Shown here in pieces: positions 1 through 9,947 of a DNA stretch of 20,000 nt. The notes under the pieces are model-generated. The model worked only from the letters and a program-made list of their open reading frames with translations. It searched no databases and had not been told where the DNA came from. How positions within the stretch are numbered: the first letter of the stretch is position 1; each line of letters opens with the position of its first letter. The translations under genes and the position numbers were made by a program. This DNA is from Fistulifera solaris (Eukaryota): the NCBI GenBank assembly GCA_030295235.1, contig AP026131.1, positions 1,470,475 to 1,490,474 on the forward strand. Reading direction: 5' to 3'.

Positions 1-411
1 TTTTACAGGCAACAAGTGACTCTCAGACACGTGGAGTTACATGTACTATACAATTTTGTGATATCAAGGGAATAAGGGCCTTGAAGTGTTTTTTCGCCTC
101 TACTACGCACTCGACACTCCACATTCAGCTGACTACTGCGGACAAATTTTGTCAGCTTTCGCTACATTGCACTATCGGGCTCATTTTTGTACGATCGCCT
201 TGGGTATTCTAGTATTAGCTTTAATGTTGAGCATGTATCACGGCTGACGGCTGACGGCTGACTAAGACCTCGCAATTGCCAGCGAATTTTCAATCTTCTA
301 AAGACCAGTTGTTACATAACGGAGATACCAGGTGGAGAATGGAGAAGAGTCAAGAGTCAAGTCACGCGCATCGCGGATCGTGATCGTAACGCGAAGACAA
401 ACAAATACTCT

Positions 412-1281
412 GGAAACGACGTTAAAATTCTGCCTCGCCGTAGGCTCTACCATTCGGGTCAAATGAGTTTCTGAGTACTGTAAAATATATAGGACACGAT
501 TACTATATACATTAGTGTATTTTTACGACAGAAATCGTATACCGTGTCAAAATCGACCGTTTTTTCCTCCTCCGCACCACGATGATATCGCGGTTAAACC
601 ATGGTCTTTCGACGATGCACATTGGAGTTGTTTGTGGTGCTGCTTGTGTCGTTTTGCACCATTCGAACAAACGACGTAAGAGCGACAGAACGGTGCGGCC
701 ACGCAACAGCAGCTTGATAGATTGCGGAGATTTATGATCGCCTGTGGAGGACAGGAAAAATTCCTCCCGACACAACGATCTCAGCCTTCGATACCGAAAT
801 GAAGGTTCTCTTTGGATTTCTTTCATCAATGGGTATCGTTTATAGTAATTTACACTATTTCTAAGTTTTGTTATGAGAGATGGACTTTAAGCACCTTTTT
901 GCTTTAAATGCATGTCGAAGCTCATGTTTCGTGCGACCAAACAGAACTCTGAAAACTCGGCACTCTGTGGTTCTCCTTGTGATGTTTTGCGCCATTCTAT
1001 CAACCTGCTCTCGTTTGTTCGAATGGTGCAAAACGACACAAGCAGCACCACAAACAACTCCAATGTGCATCGTCGAAAGACCATGGTTTAACCGCGATAT
1101 CATCGTGGTGCGGAGGAGGAAAAAAACGGTCGATTTTGACACGGTATACGATTTCTGTCGTAAAAACACACTAATGTATATAGTAATCGTGTCCTATATA
1201 TTTTACAGTACTCAGAAACTCATTTGACCCGAATGGTACGTAGAAAATTGTACTGAGAGGCAGAATTTTAACGTCCTTTCC
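412..1281. repeat. ~80-bp palindromic mini-element (copy 1), split by the MITE insertion: left half 412-449, right half 1237-1281
   Basis: GGAAACGACGTTAAAATTCTGCCTCGCCGTAGGCTCTA at 412-449 and TACGTAGAAAATTGTACTGAGAGGCAGAATTTTAACGTCCTTTCC at 1237-1281 rejoin into the unit seen uninterrupted at 5870-5949. The ends form a 25-bp inverted repeat with one mismatch. Confidence 0.9.
450..1236. mobile_element. Non-autonomous TIR DNA transposon (MITE-like, 787 bp) with TA target-site duplication, Tc1/mariner-IS630-like by TSD
   Basis: The left TIR 450-674 (CCATTCGGGTCAAATGAG...) is the reverse complement of the right TIR 1011-1236, apart from one substitution and one homopolymer indel. TA flanks both ends (448-449, 1237-1238). 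The empty site CTCTACGTAG with a single TA is visible in the sister repeats at 5.8-5.9 kb. No recognisable transposase in the 336-bp core. Confidence 0.9.
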
Positions 1282-1628
1282 CCGTAACCTTACAGTACTG
1301 CATGAACAGATGACTGACTAATCTAACACTCATGACTCATCACCCAAGACTATTAGGGAGTCGAGTTATCACCAACAAATTTCTAGGATTTATAAAAAAG
1401 TTGGTAGGTTACCATAAAGCAATACGAAGACACACTCGACGATCGACAATGATGCGAGAGGACTACTAGTAAGAGTAATTCAATCGATCCTCCACGTGAG
1501 TTGCCAGCCTATCATCGCCGCGCAAAGGATCAGAGAGTTTGGTCTACCCCGATTAAAGACGGCGAAATCACAAAATGTCATGTTATTTTTTTGCTGATCG
1601 GTTTTTAAAGAGAAGCTAAACAGAGAAA

Positions 1629-4600
1629 CTAGAAAACCCCCAAAGCCGTCCGGGCACCTCCCTTTTCCAAGAGCTGAATGACGGCTCGTTTCTTGTCCTC
1701 TGACATTTCCACATCTTCTAAGGACTTCAGCAGTACGGCAACTTCTTTTTCTTTTTCTAAGTATTGAAACAAAATCTTCGCCAACTTTTCTTTGGGTAGT
1801 GACATAATGAAAGTCGTTCCTTCCTTGTACACCATTTTCGCGGCTAAAGCAGAGCTAATCGCATTTTTAATGTATTGCTTCGGGACTCTATCGTGCACTC
1901 GATCAAAGGCTAGATCAGCAATCGTCTTTGGTAAATGCATTTGAAACAGAGGCAAAAGAGCTTCCTGATCTGCTTCCGACAAAGAATCCAACGCAAGAGT
2001 CAGCGCATCGGTGGCCGCATTGATACAGTTACTAATGACCTGAGAAATTTCGGGAAGCGAACCTCCGTGTGCCTCATATTCACGAAACAGAAGCTCCGCT
2101 TCCAGTTTGGCCAGCATGCGCAGCTTTTCCAACACTTCTTGCACAATTTGAGCCTTGTTGGCAACAAATTCTTCTTCCGACAACAGCATGGCAGCACAAA
2201 TCTCGTACGACGATGTTATCACACCGCCCTTGTTGGCCGATGAATCTTTGACAATAACGACGCCGGCATCTTGAAAGAGCGAATTTCTGGCGTCTTTTGT
2301 GATGAAAAGATTGGCTCCTTCCACAATGAGCGGTGCTGACGGACGTCCATCTGCCATAATAAAGTTCTTGTAATTGGAGCAATCAATCGTATTCGGACGT
2401 CCTCCGCATGGCAGGAATGCATCTGCTTGAAGTCGATTGTGCATCGTGTTGCGTGCTTTGGTTCCTTCAGGAGTGTCCGTTGTGTGCAATTTGCCCGACG
2501 GTCCGAGCTTAGTCGCGTCGAAATAGGAAATGCAAAGTGCCGAACTGACTAGTCGCAACAGCTCGTCGTGGTTCAGTCCATCCGGATCTTCTGCGCAACC
2601 GGAGTGGTCCGCAATGCCGACAATCTTAACATTTTCACCATATTCACGAACCAAAATTTTGATTTCATTGCCCGCAACATCTCCATCCGGACCGCCCGTC
2701 ATCTTTACAGTGAAAGAGTTCTTTTCTGGATCGATTCCCAGCACGCGGCGAAGTGCGGTATCTAGATACACATTGACGCCTTCGCTTGTTACACCGAATT
2801 GTTTGTGATTGATCCCCGCCCTCGGCTTGCTGCTCATAAAAGCAGCTGGTGTGTTGTACCCTCGCTCCGAGGCTCGCTTCACAATCCATTCAATGTCCCC
2901 CGGAATGATCTGCTCGTCCGGACCCAAATAAAGAACTTCTGGTCGGCCTAAGCGATCAATAACAAACCTTTTGGTCTCCTCGGTTTCTACGATAAGATCC
3001 AAAATGGTATCAGTGAATGCTTTGACCGATTTACGCATCACAAAGTATTTGCCAGAATCGTTCAATCCTGTTGTATTGATCAGCGCAACGGCTTTGGAAC
3101 CTCCCTCGGGGCTGAGTTGGAAAAGCGTGGTTAGGATATTGCTACAACAATAAGTAAAAACTAGGATTTCGTACTTACATATCTTTGTTTTTTAGTTGTT
3201 GCGCAAATGCCAACCCATAGCATTCGTCGTATTGCCGAGCTGATTCCAGAGCATACAATTCCGTGTTGGCGGGTGTCACCAATCGCAGTCCTCCTCGACT
3301 GATATCACGGAATCGTACGTGAAAGCCGTTAAAACGACGACCGTGAACGAATAATACTCCAAACGGCAATTCAGCAGCATTTCCCGGTTCATGCATGACG
3401 GAAGGATCAAGCCGAAGACCCAATGCGTAACGATTTGGCATGTAGGCGTTCGTTTTTAGAGTGCGATCCACAATTTCAAGCATTTTGCTCAAAATCGAGG
3501 TAGCTACCTGATCCTCTACTTCCTTGGAAATCATTTGCGTCAGATCATCACGTCTACTTTGATACGATTCGCCACTCAAAGGATGATCCGGATGAAATCG
3601 ATCGAGAAACAGGTCAGCAATCAATGCTGCATGGCCGATGTGTTGATGCACAACTTCGGCAATATTCGCTTTCGAATACGCCATCGTATTAATCTTGGTC
3701 AACACTGGATGGATCAAGGAGCACATGGCCGTAATCACTTCTCCACGCGCAATTCCCAACCAAGGCTCTTTGCCAAACACCAAATCGACTGTATCCGGGT
3801 CCAACCATTTTGCGCGTTTAAGTTCTTGCGCCAATGTTTGCCAATCCGTCGTGGCATCGGCCGACAACAACGAGGTGGGGCTGATCAACGTCCGCAAAAT
3901 CGTTACACTCCCGTTTTCACCATCCGGCACAATATCCAAACGTGCCCGCTGCACATCAAACTTGTGATGGTACAGCAACTGACACAGATTCTCCAATGCG
4001 ACTTGCGGAATACTGTTCGCGACCGCCATTTCGACCCAATACAGCGGTCCACTCGTTGGTAAATGCATTTCGGGCGTTTGATCGGTCGCCAACCCAATGT
4101 GTACCGCCACTCCTTCGGTCCCCGAGACTTCCGCAAACAACAACCGCTGCATACAAAATCGCGCCGGATTCATAAGACCAATTTGCACGTATGTCGGCCG
4201 ACACATTTTCATGTATTCGACCAGCGATTCTCTTTCCAATAAAGGCGACAACGGCAATTCTTCATCTACCACAATCCCCTGCTGCACATTGGCCGCATAC
4301 TCTAAAATTGGTTCCGCCAAGGCCATGACGTCCATGTCGACATCTTCATCGTGTACGGGTCGATGCCCGTACACAAACATATTCAAGCTCATCGTTTCAT
4401 CCACGGTCGAAAAGACGTGCAATCGACTGAGGGGCATTTCGAGACTGTACTTGTACGGCAATTCTTGCACCATGTGCAACAGCGTACCGGGAGCGGTGCC
4501 GGGACGAATGAACGTCAAGACGGTACGACCATCGAGCGTATGCGATTTGAGATTGAGATAGAGGTCCATATTCGCATCCTTGACGGCCGCAATTGCTTTC

Positions 4601-5055
4601 ATGTGATCCATGCGGTATCTTTCGGGGACTTGTTGAAAGTAGCTGCATAATAGTGAAGGGATTAAATGGTGAGATAGATGTCAAATATAGCGAATCTCAC
4701 AGGAAAACAAAATACGTAACAAATACACTAGCAACATAATCTCACTCTCTTCACGCTCGTTACTTACACTGCCGGCATATTTTCAAGAAACCACGGTACG
4801 ACCGATTCAATTGTTCGTGTTTGTTCATGGATCAATTCATATATCATGGCTTTTTTGTGTGACACGTTGCACTTCGACGTTGTGAGAAGCTTGCCACGCT
4901 TTCTCGGGGGAAAGAGACGTTGGTGTTTCTCCTAAACTTCCGTATTGATGCGACATGCCCGGAATGCGGTACGTGTCATTCTTCGATGTGAAGACTCGAC
5001 GTTGGTTTGTCACTAGACGACGTGACGACGTCGTTAATTTCAACCACAATGTCAT
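1629..5055 (-). CDS. GDH2: Large NAD-specific glutamate dehydrogenase (GDH2 type, ~1077 aa). Exons 5055-4768, 4642-3179, 3111-1629; one extra base in the T6 run at 4851-4856
   Basis: Motifs GFHVRFRDISRGGLR, QQLKNKDIPEGGSKAV (rebuilt exactly by splicing the GTAAGT..CAG intron 3178-3112), YLGPDE, HKQFGVTSEGV, TGGPDGDVAGN, PCGGRP, IVEGANLF and KDSSANKGGVITSSYE. Intron 4767-4643 (GTAAGT..CAG) joins PWFLENMPAV-YFQQVPERYRMDH in frame. The N-terminus MTLWLKLTTSSRRLVTNQRRVFTS resembles a mitochondrial presequence. Confidence 0.93.
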
Positions 5056-5240
5056 GTTCTCGAAAGAGTTCTCGAAAGAGCGTATCAGAACGAATGATGA
5101 TTCGAACAACAGTCGCTGTTGCCTTTGTTTGTGAGGAACGACTCTATCGCAATTTTAACCTTCCTTTGTGAAAGCTTCCAGCGTCAAATCAGAAAGAAGA
5201 ATAACAATTGAAGCTTTCTTGACACTTGCTGTCAAGATGC

Positions 5241-5704
5241 ATGTCTCTTGTCATCCAGAGAGGAAAAACGAAAAAAAGGACGACAAAAATCATCCTCGAG
5301 CGTCGAAAATGACCAGAAACGCGAAGAAACCGAAACCGAACCCAAACACATTCTGCGACTAATTAGAGTGAGAACCGCAAGGATATTTTCAACTGAGTTC
5401 AAAAGAATAGCAACGTACATCGAAGAGGTATTGCATTTAGCAGCTGAAGTACCGGTACCGCTGGAGGCCGACCTTCCGATGATCCCATTTTCTCAGCCAC
5501 CGAACAAGAGGATGAATGAACCGAAGAGCGAGGCGTCTTAGACGTTTTATACGCCCTTGGATACAAATGGCTATCGGAATGAAAGCGTTTCGTGGTCATG
5601 CACTTATTCGTGACGCGGAGGAGGCACCGGACTATCGGGAGATCAGCATATTTGACAGAAATCGATCGTTTTTAAAGTCCAGATTTTTGAGCCTGGTCGT
5701 ATGA
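5241..5704 (+). pseudogene. Possible small hypothetical gene divergent from GDH, frameshifted
   Basis: ATG TCT CTT GTC (MSLVIQRGKTKK) can join ORF 5248-5541 across an A7 run, then ORF 5516-5704 by a second shift. Protein-like but no recognised family. Confidence 0.25.
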
Positions 5705-5785
5705 TACGTCGCTTGTCAAATGATAAGAAAGCAAACGAAACAATAAAACCAAAAGGATGGTAAAATAATAGGAGAGAGTTTGTCT

Positions 5786-6008
5786 GGAAGCGACGTTAAG
5801 ATTCTGCCCGCCGTAGCCGTAGGCTCTACGTAGAAACTTGTACTAAGAGGCAGAATTTTAACGTCCTTCGAAAACGGCGTTAAAATTCTGCCTCGCCGTA
5901 GGCTCTACGTAGAAACTTGTACCGAGAGGCAGAATTTTAACGTCCTTTCGCTCTCAGTACAAACTTCTACGTAGCGCCTACGGCGAGGCAGAATTTTAAC
6001 GTCGTTCC
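5786..6008. repeat. Cluster of three copies of the ~80-bp palindromic mini-element: 5786-5869 and 5870-5949 direct, 5951-6008 inverted and truncated
   Basis: Consensus GACGTTAAAATTCTGCCTCGCCGTAGGCTCTACGTAGAAACTTGTACYRAGAGGCAGAATTTTAACGTC read directly. The first copy has a small internal duplication (GCCGTAGCCGTAG). Confidence 0.92.
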
Positions 6009-6881
6009 ACAACGCTCATCTCGACGAGCTTTATTTTCCTTCATTCTATGATTGTCATCAAAAGGTTAACAATTGTTTGTTTATTCTATCGTCGGTCCAA
6101 CTCCACAAAGGACTTTTTTCGGCGTAGCCCGCTGCGCCCTTTGGATTCGCATTGCAACAAATCCGCCGACCACAATGCAAGAAAAATGAAAAAAAAACCT
6201 TCTTTTTTTTGTACATTCACGAGACGGCAACTTTTCTTGACACTTTCTCTCGTTCCAGCAACACTCCTCTGTATGGAAGAAACAACCCTTTCCGGCTCCA
6301 TAGTGATGCAAGAATTATCATAAGTTCAGGCACTGCGCCAATGAAAAGAGGATCTCGCCTTGGTATTTCATTCCTTTTTCCGGGTAGACGCACAAGGACG
6401 CACATGAATGAACCACGGGTTTGAAGGATGAGAAGTCGATGCTGAGAACATGTCAAAGAGCACAATGGATGCTATCCGACAAACAGAGCGTATCAACGTT
6501 TACGCCCCCACCTAGCGGATAATGGGCAACCGAGACGACAAAGTCTTCTGTTCGACAAAGAAGAAGTAGCAACAGTTCGAATGGTATCCGCAATGACGAC
6601 GACGAAAAGACACAAATTGTCGAGCTTCGACCGCGGGAAGAGAGACTTTGCAAACAACGATATTTGGACCTGTGATATTGAGGTGCTATAAGAAGATTGC
6701 GTGCCTGCATGAAATTCCCTACGATACCCTTAGACCAACACGCTACTATCACTATGTGGACGTCGAATATACTACGGAGTATTTTAGCTACAATCAACCG
6801 AGTTCAATGGAGTGAATTTACAGGAATGATTTTTCAGGAAGTTTCTTGTTCTGTTGGAACTCCATCAAAATCTCTTACAAC

Positions 6882-7321
6882 TTATCCACCACGGCGCACC
6901 TGTATCATGCAAATACTTTGAGAGCATCCTCCAAAATCGACGCAGACATAACTCAGAAGTTTGTTAGAGACCTTTGAGATCGGCACAAGTCGGAATGCGC
7001 ACGTCATACTTACCCATCGCTGCAATCTCGAGACGAACTGCACTCTTTGCCTTCGACTGTGTCACTGACACAAACTACGCCACGTTCGGTTGTCTTGACA
7101 CAGGCAAAGCCACCGTCGCACGTGTCGAACGATCCGGTTTCAAAGTTTTCGCAACCGTAAACCGTACTTCGAAAGTTGCAATCATCGAACAACGGCAAGC
7201 ACAAGGCGTTTGAAAAGAGCGCCGAACGTTCCAACAGCTTGTTGCTTTCCAAGATATCGCCTTTGACGCAGGATGTCTGCAGGAAGAAGAGGTGGATAGC
7301 TACGAACAAATGATGATTCAT
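6882..7321 (-). CDS. Small secreted cysteine-rich protein (~125 aa), exons 7321-7014 and 6951-6882
   Basis: Signal-peptide-like MNHHLFVAIHLFFLQTSCVKG. A GTAAGT donor at 7013, a CTCTAAC branch point and an AG at 6953-6952 define a 62-nt intron. Splicing gives ...KECSSSRDCSDGYVCVDFGGCSQSICMIQVRRGG*, with 11 Cys after the signal peptide. Confidence 0.65.
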
Positions 7322-7837
7322 CGTGATGAAACGTGTTTGTTGTAGCGTTGTTATTTTCGAAGGCTGTTGGGTCAAAGGTCCAAGCGAAGAAGTCATCAAA
7401 TCATTGTTCATCGGAAGAGGGGGAAGATACTGTATCTTTTGTTAGAGACTGAAGCACACGCAGAAGGGCGTCTGGCGTCTGACCGCATAGGCACGTCCCA
7501 TTTCTTCAAAACCGCTCCGATTCGTTCATGTTCTTCATAATCCAGTACGATTTCTACATACGTGACGTCTCCGTAGGATGATGTAACCTTACCAGTTCCG
7601 CATGGCGCGCCTCCGAATTCGGAAAATGGCGGAGCGCTTCGTTTTTCAAAGAACAAAAATCGCAACAATTCTGATTTCTCATTGTCACGAAAGGAAGGAA
7701 TCACTTACTTTATGCTTCGCGTTGTCTTTCTCCCATTCTTTTTCATTGATAAGCTTTAACTGCAATTGAATTGACTGCAAAGTTCCTTCAAAAGCCCCTC
7801 TTTTGCCGTACCTACAAAAAAGAAAGAAGCTATCATC

Positions 7838-9715
7838 ATGACACGTTCGATGGTCGTTGTTTCGGATCATTTTCATTTCAGTCATTTTACCTGGAAGGCT
7901 TCCCCGCAGGATTCGGAAGAAGAGACGACATCGACACCTTTGAAGTTGTCGTCTCCGCCACCGCAAGACATTAAATTGAAACTGTATTCGCGCATTCTTC
8001 ATGATGACGAAAACAACATTCATTTCGGAAAATGGGATCGTGTTTCGCTGGAAGAGAAAGATGCGTATTCACAAGCGGCGCATCGCATGACTGACTATAT
8101 GTACAACGATTTGGCCATACAACTGATTCCGGAACATCGTCGTAATGCCAGCGACTTTCAATACATTGATTTGGGGAGCGGGACAGGAGCGAGTGCCTTG
8201 CGAATTGCTTCCCAATGTACGTTTCCGGGCAAGGTTGTGTGTTTGAATGTATGTCCGCAACAGAACCGCATTGCGCAACGCGCGGTCGCACAAGCCAACT
8301 TACAACAAACGATTCAAATTATGGAAGGCGATTTTGAGCAAATGCCGTTTGCCGAGAATGCCTTTGATGTGGCCTTTTCGCAAGATGCCTTCATTCATGC
8401 GCGCCGCAAACTGCAAGCCTTTCGAGAAGCCTTTCGTGTTGTCCGACCTGCGGGTGCCTTTGTCTTTTGCGATGTCATGGCGGGACCCATGACGACGGAC
8501 GAACAAGTCGAACAACTCTCCAGAGACAATGCCATTTCGAATTTGATGCGTCCGCACGAAACAGTCCAAGCGATGCAAGAAGCGGGTTGGAAGGACGTCC
8601 ACTCGATCAATGTCACGAACGATATGCGGATTAGTTTTCAACTCATGCTACAAAAAGTGCACGCGAGCTTGGAGACGCATCAACAGGATCGCGATTTGTT
8701 AGAGTTGTACCGTCAGCAGATTCAGACGCGCATTGATCAAATTGATCGTGGTATCATTCAGTGGTGTGTGTTTCACGGTCGCAAGCCCGTCGTACTGCAA
8801 ATGTTGTGTCGACCGCCTTTTCCCTTGGTGAATACTTCGGAATTGATTGTGGTAAAAGAACAAGACAACGACCCGACGTCACAAGATCCGTCCATTGTGG
8901 TGGTGGACATTTTGACGCCCATGCCCCGCGCGAAAGTTGAAGCTTTGCCTTCTTCGGTGTCATTGTTGATTACCATGAGTGCCGGACTTGATCACATTGA
9001 CATGGCAGCGTGTCACGAACGCAATATTACAGTGCAACAGGCCGGTCGTCGCGCCATTACATCCCACGTCGCCCAATACGGATTGGCGTTGATTGTGTTG
9101 GGATTGCGGGATGCTTTGTCGCAACAACAGGTTCCGTTTCCATCACAGGGATGGAATTTGACGTGGAATATTCCGGGAAAGCCTCTCGAGGAATCGAAGA
9201 TTGCATTGATTGGTATGGGAACGATTGCGAAAGAATTGGTGCGTCAAATTCGTTGTTTGGCTCCCACCGCCGAAATTCTGTATCATGCCCGATCTCGTCA
9301 TGAAACGGCGGAAGCCGAATATCATTTGCAATATTATGATGATTTGAAGGAAATGGCGTCCCATTGTGATATCTTAGTACCATTGTGTCCTTTGACCGAT
9401 CAGACTCGCAATTTGATCAATGCCGATGTGCTTTACCATTTACCGACGCACGCCGGATTGTTGAATCTGTCTCGCGGCGCCGTGGTCGATACGGAAGCTC
9501 TGACGCATGCTTTAGAAGCGAAGCAGTTTCGGTACGCCATTTTGGATACGACGGCTCCGGAACCTTTGCCGAAAGATCATCCCTTGTGGTCGTTGCCGAA
9601 CTGTTTCATCTTTCCGCACTTTGCCACCAACACTATGGCTGTTCGTCGTGCTTTGGTAGATGACATTCAGCCTTTAGTTGAAGAGTATTTTGGTCTGACA
9701 TGCAGTGATGTGTGA
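7838..9715 (+). CDS. Fusion protein (625 aa): class I SAM methyltransferase of the sarcosine/dimethylglycine-MT / DSYE-like family plus D-isomer-specific 2-hydroxyacid dehydrogenase
   Basis: N-half: NIHFGKW, YIDLGSGTG (motif I), FDVAFSQDAFIH, RVVRPAGAFVFCDVM, QWCVFHGRK. C-half: SAGLDHID, IGMGTIA (Rossmann), PLTDQTRNLI, NLSRGAVVD, LDTTAPEPLPKDHPLWSLPNCFIFPH. One uninterrupted ORF; the exact start codon is uncertain. Confidence 0.92.
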   Translation: MTRSMVVVSDHFHFSHFTWKASPQDSEEETTSTPLKLSSPPPQDIKLKLYSRILHDDENNIHFGKWDRVSLEEKDAYSQAAHRMTDYMYNDLAIQLIPEHRRNASDFQYIDLGSGTGASALRIASQCTFPGKVVCLNVCPQQNRIAQRAVAQANLQQTIQIMEGDFEQMPFAENAFDVAFSQDAFIHARRKLQAFREAFRVVRPAGAFVFCDVMAGPMTTDEQVEQLSRDNAISNLMRPHETVQAMQEAGWKDVHSINVTNDMRISFQLMLQKVHASLETHQQDRDLLELYRQQIQTRIDQIDRGIIQWCVFHGRKPVVLQMLCRPPFPLVNTSELIVVKEQDNDPTSQDPSIVVVDILTPMPRAKVEALPSSVSLLITMSAGLDHIDMAACHERNITVQQAGRRAITSHVAQYGLALIVLGLRDALSQQQVPFPSQGWNLTWNIPGKPLEESKIALIGMGTIAKELVRQIRCLAPTAEILYHARSRHETAEAEYHLQYYDDLKEMASHCDILVPLCPLTDQTRNLINADVLYHLPTHAGLLNLSRGAVVDTEALTHALEAKQFRYAILDTTAPEPLPKDHPLWSLPNCFIFPHFATNTMAVRRALVDDIQPLVEEYFGLTCSDV

Positions 9716-9947
9716 GCCACTTTTTGGAAAATAGATAGCCCAATAGATAAGGGCACTGCATAAATCTCTTATAGACAAAAACATTACATGATGCTTGTTT
9801 CAGTTAAATCAGTTGTAACCTTACGTAGTATTCATTAGAGCGGCCTACGACCGCAAAGGAAACGCAAAAACTAATGATTTGATTGTATTTACTTTAGAAG
9901 GCGAGTTAATGGTTAACCATCCACAGAAATTACCACGGAATTGCTCG

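Noticed and set aside
240..364. Short tandem repeats (CGGCTGA)3 and (AGAGTCA)2, plus similar ones at 5057-5080, 14870-14890 and 17113-17138
   Set aside because: Ordinary micro/minisatellite slippage with no further structure.
512..1227. ORFs 512-829, 861-1169 and 880-1227 sharing RLFEWCKTTQAAPQTTPMCIVERPWF
   Set aside because: The shared peptide is just the MITE TIR read on both strands. No transposase motif.
1935..4684. Many 60-175 aa ORFs overlapping GDH, and likewise inside 7838-9715
   Set aside because: Alternative-frame or antisense shadows of well-supported coding regions.
5786..6008. CRISPR-like look of the palindromic repeats
   Set aside because: The sequences between the arms are near-identical rather than unique spacers, one copy is inverted, there are no cas genes, and the context is eukaryotic.
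6450..6921. Protein-like fragments on the + strand (e.g. PTRYYHYVDVEYTTEYFSYNQPSSME)
   Set aside because: Need several frameshifts to join, and no recognisable family.
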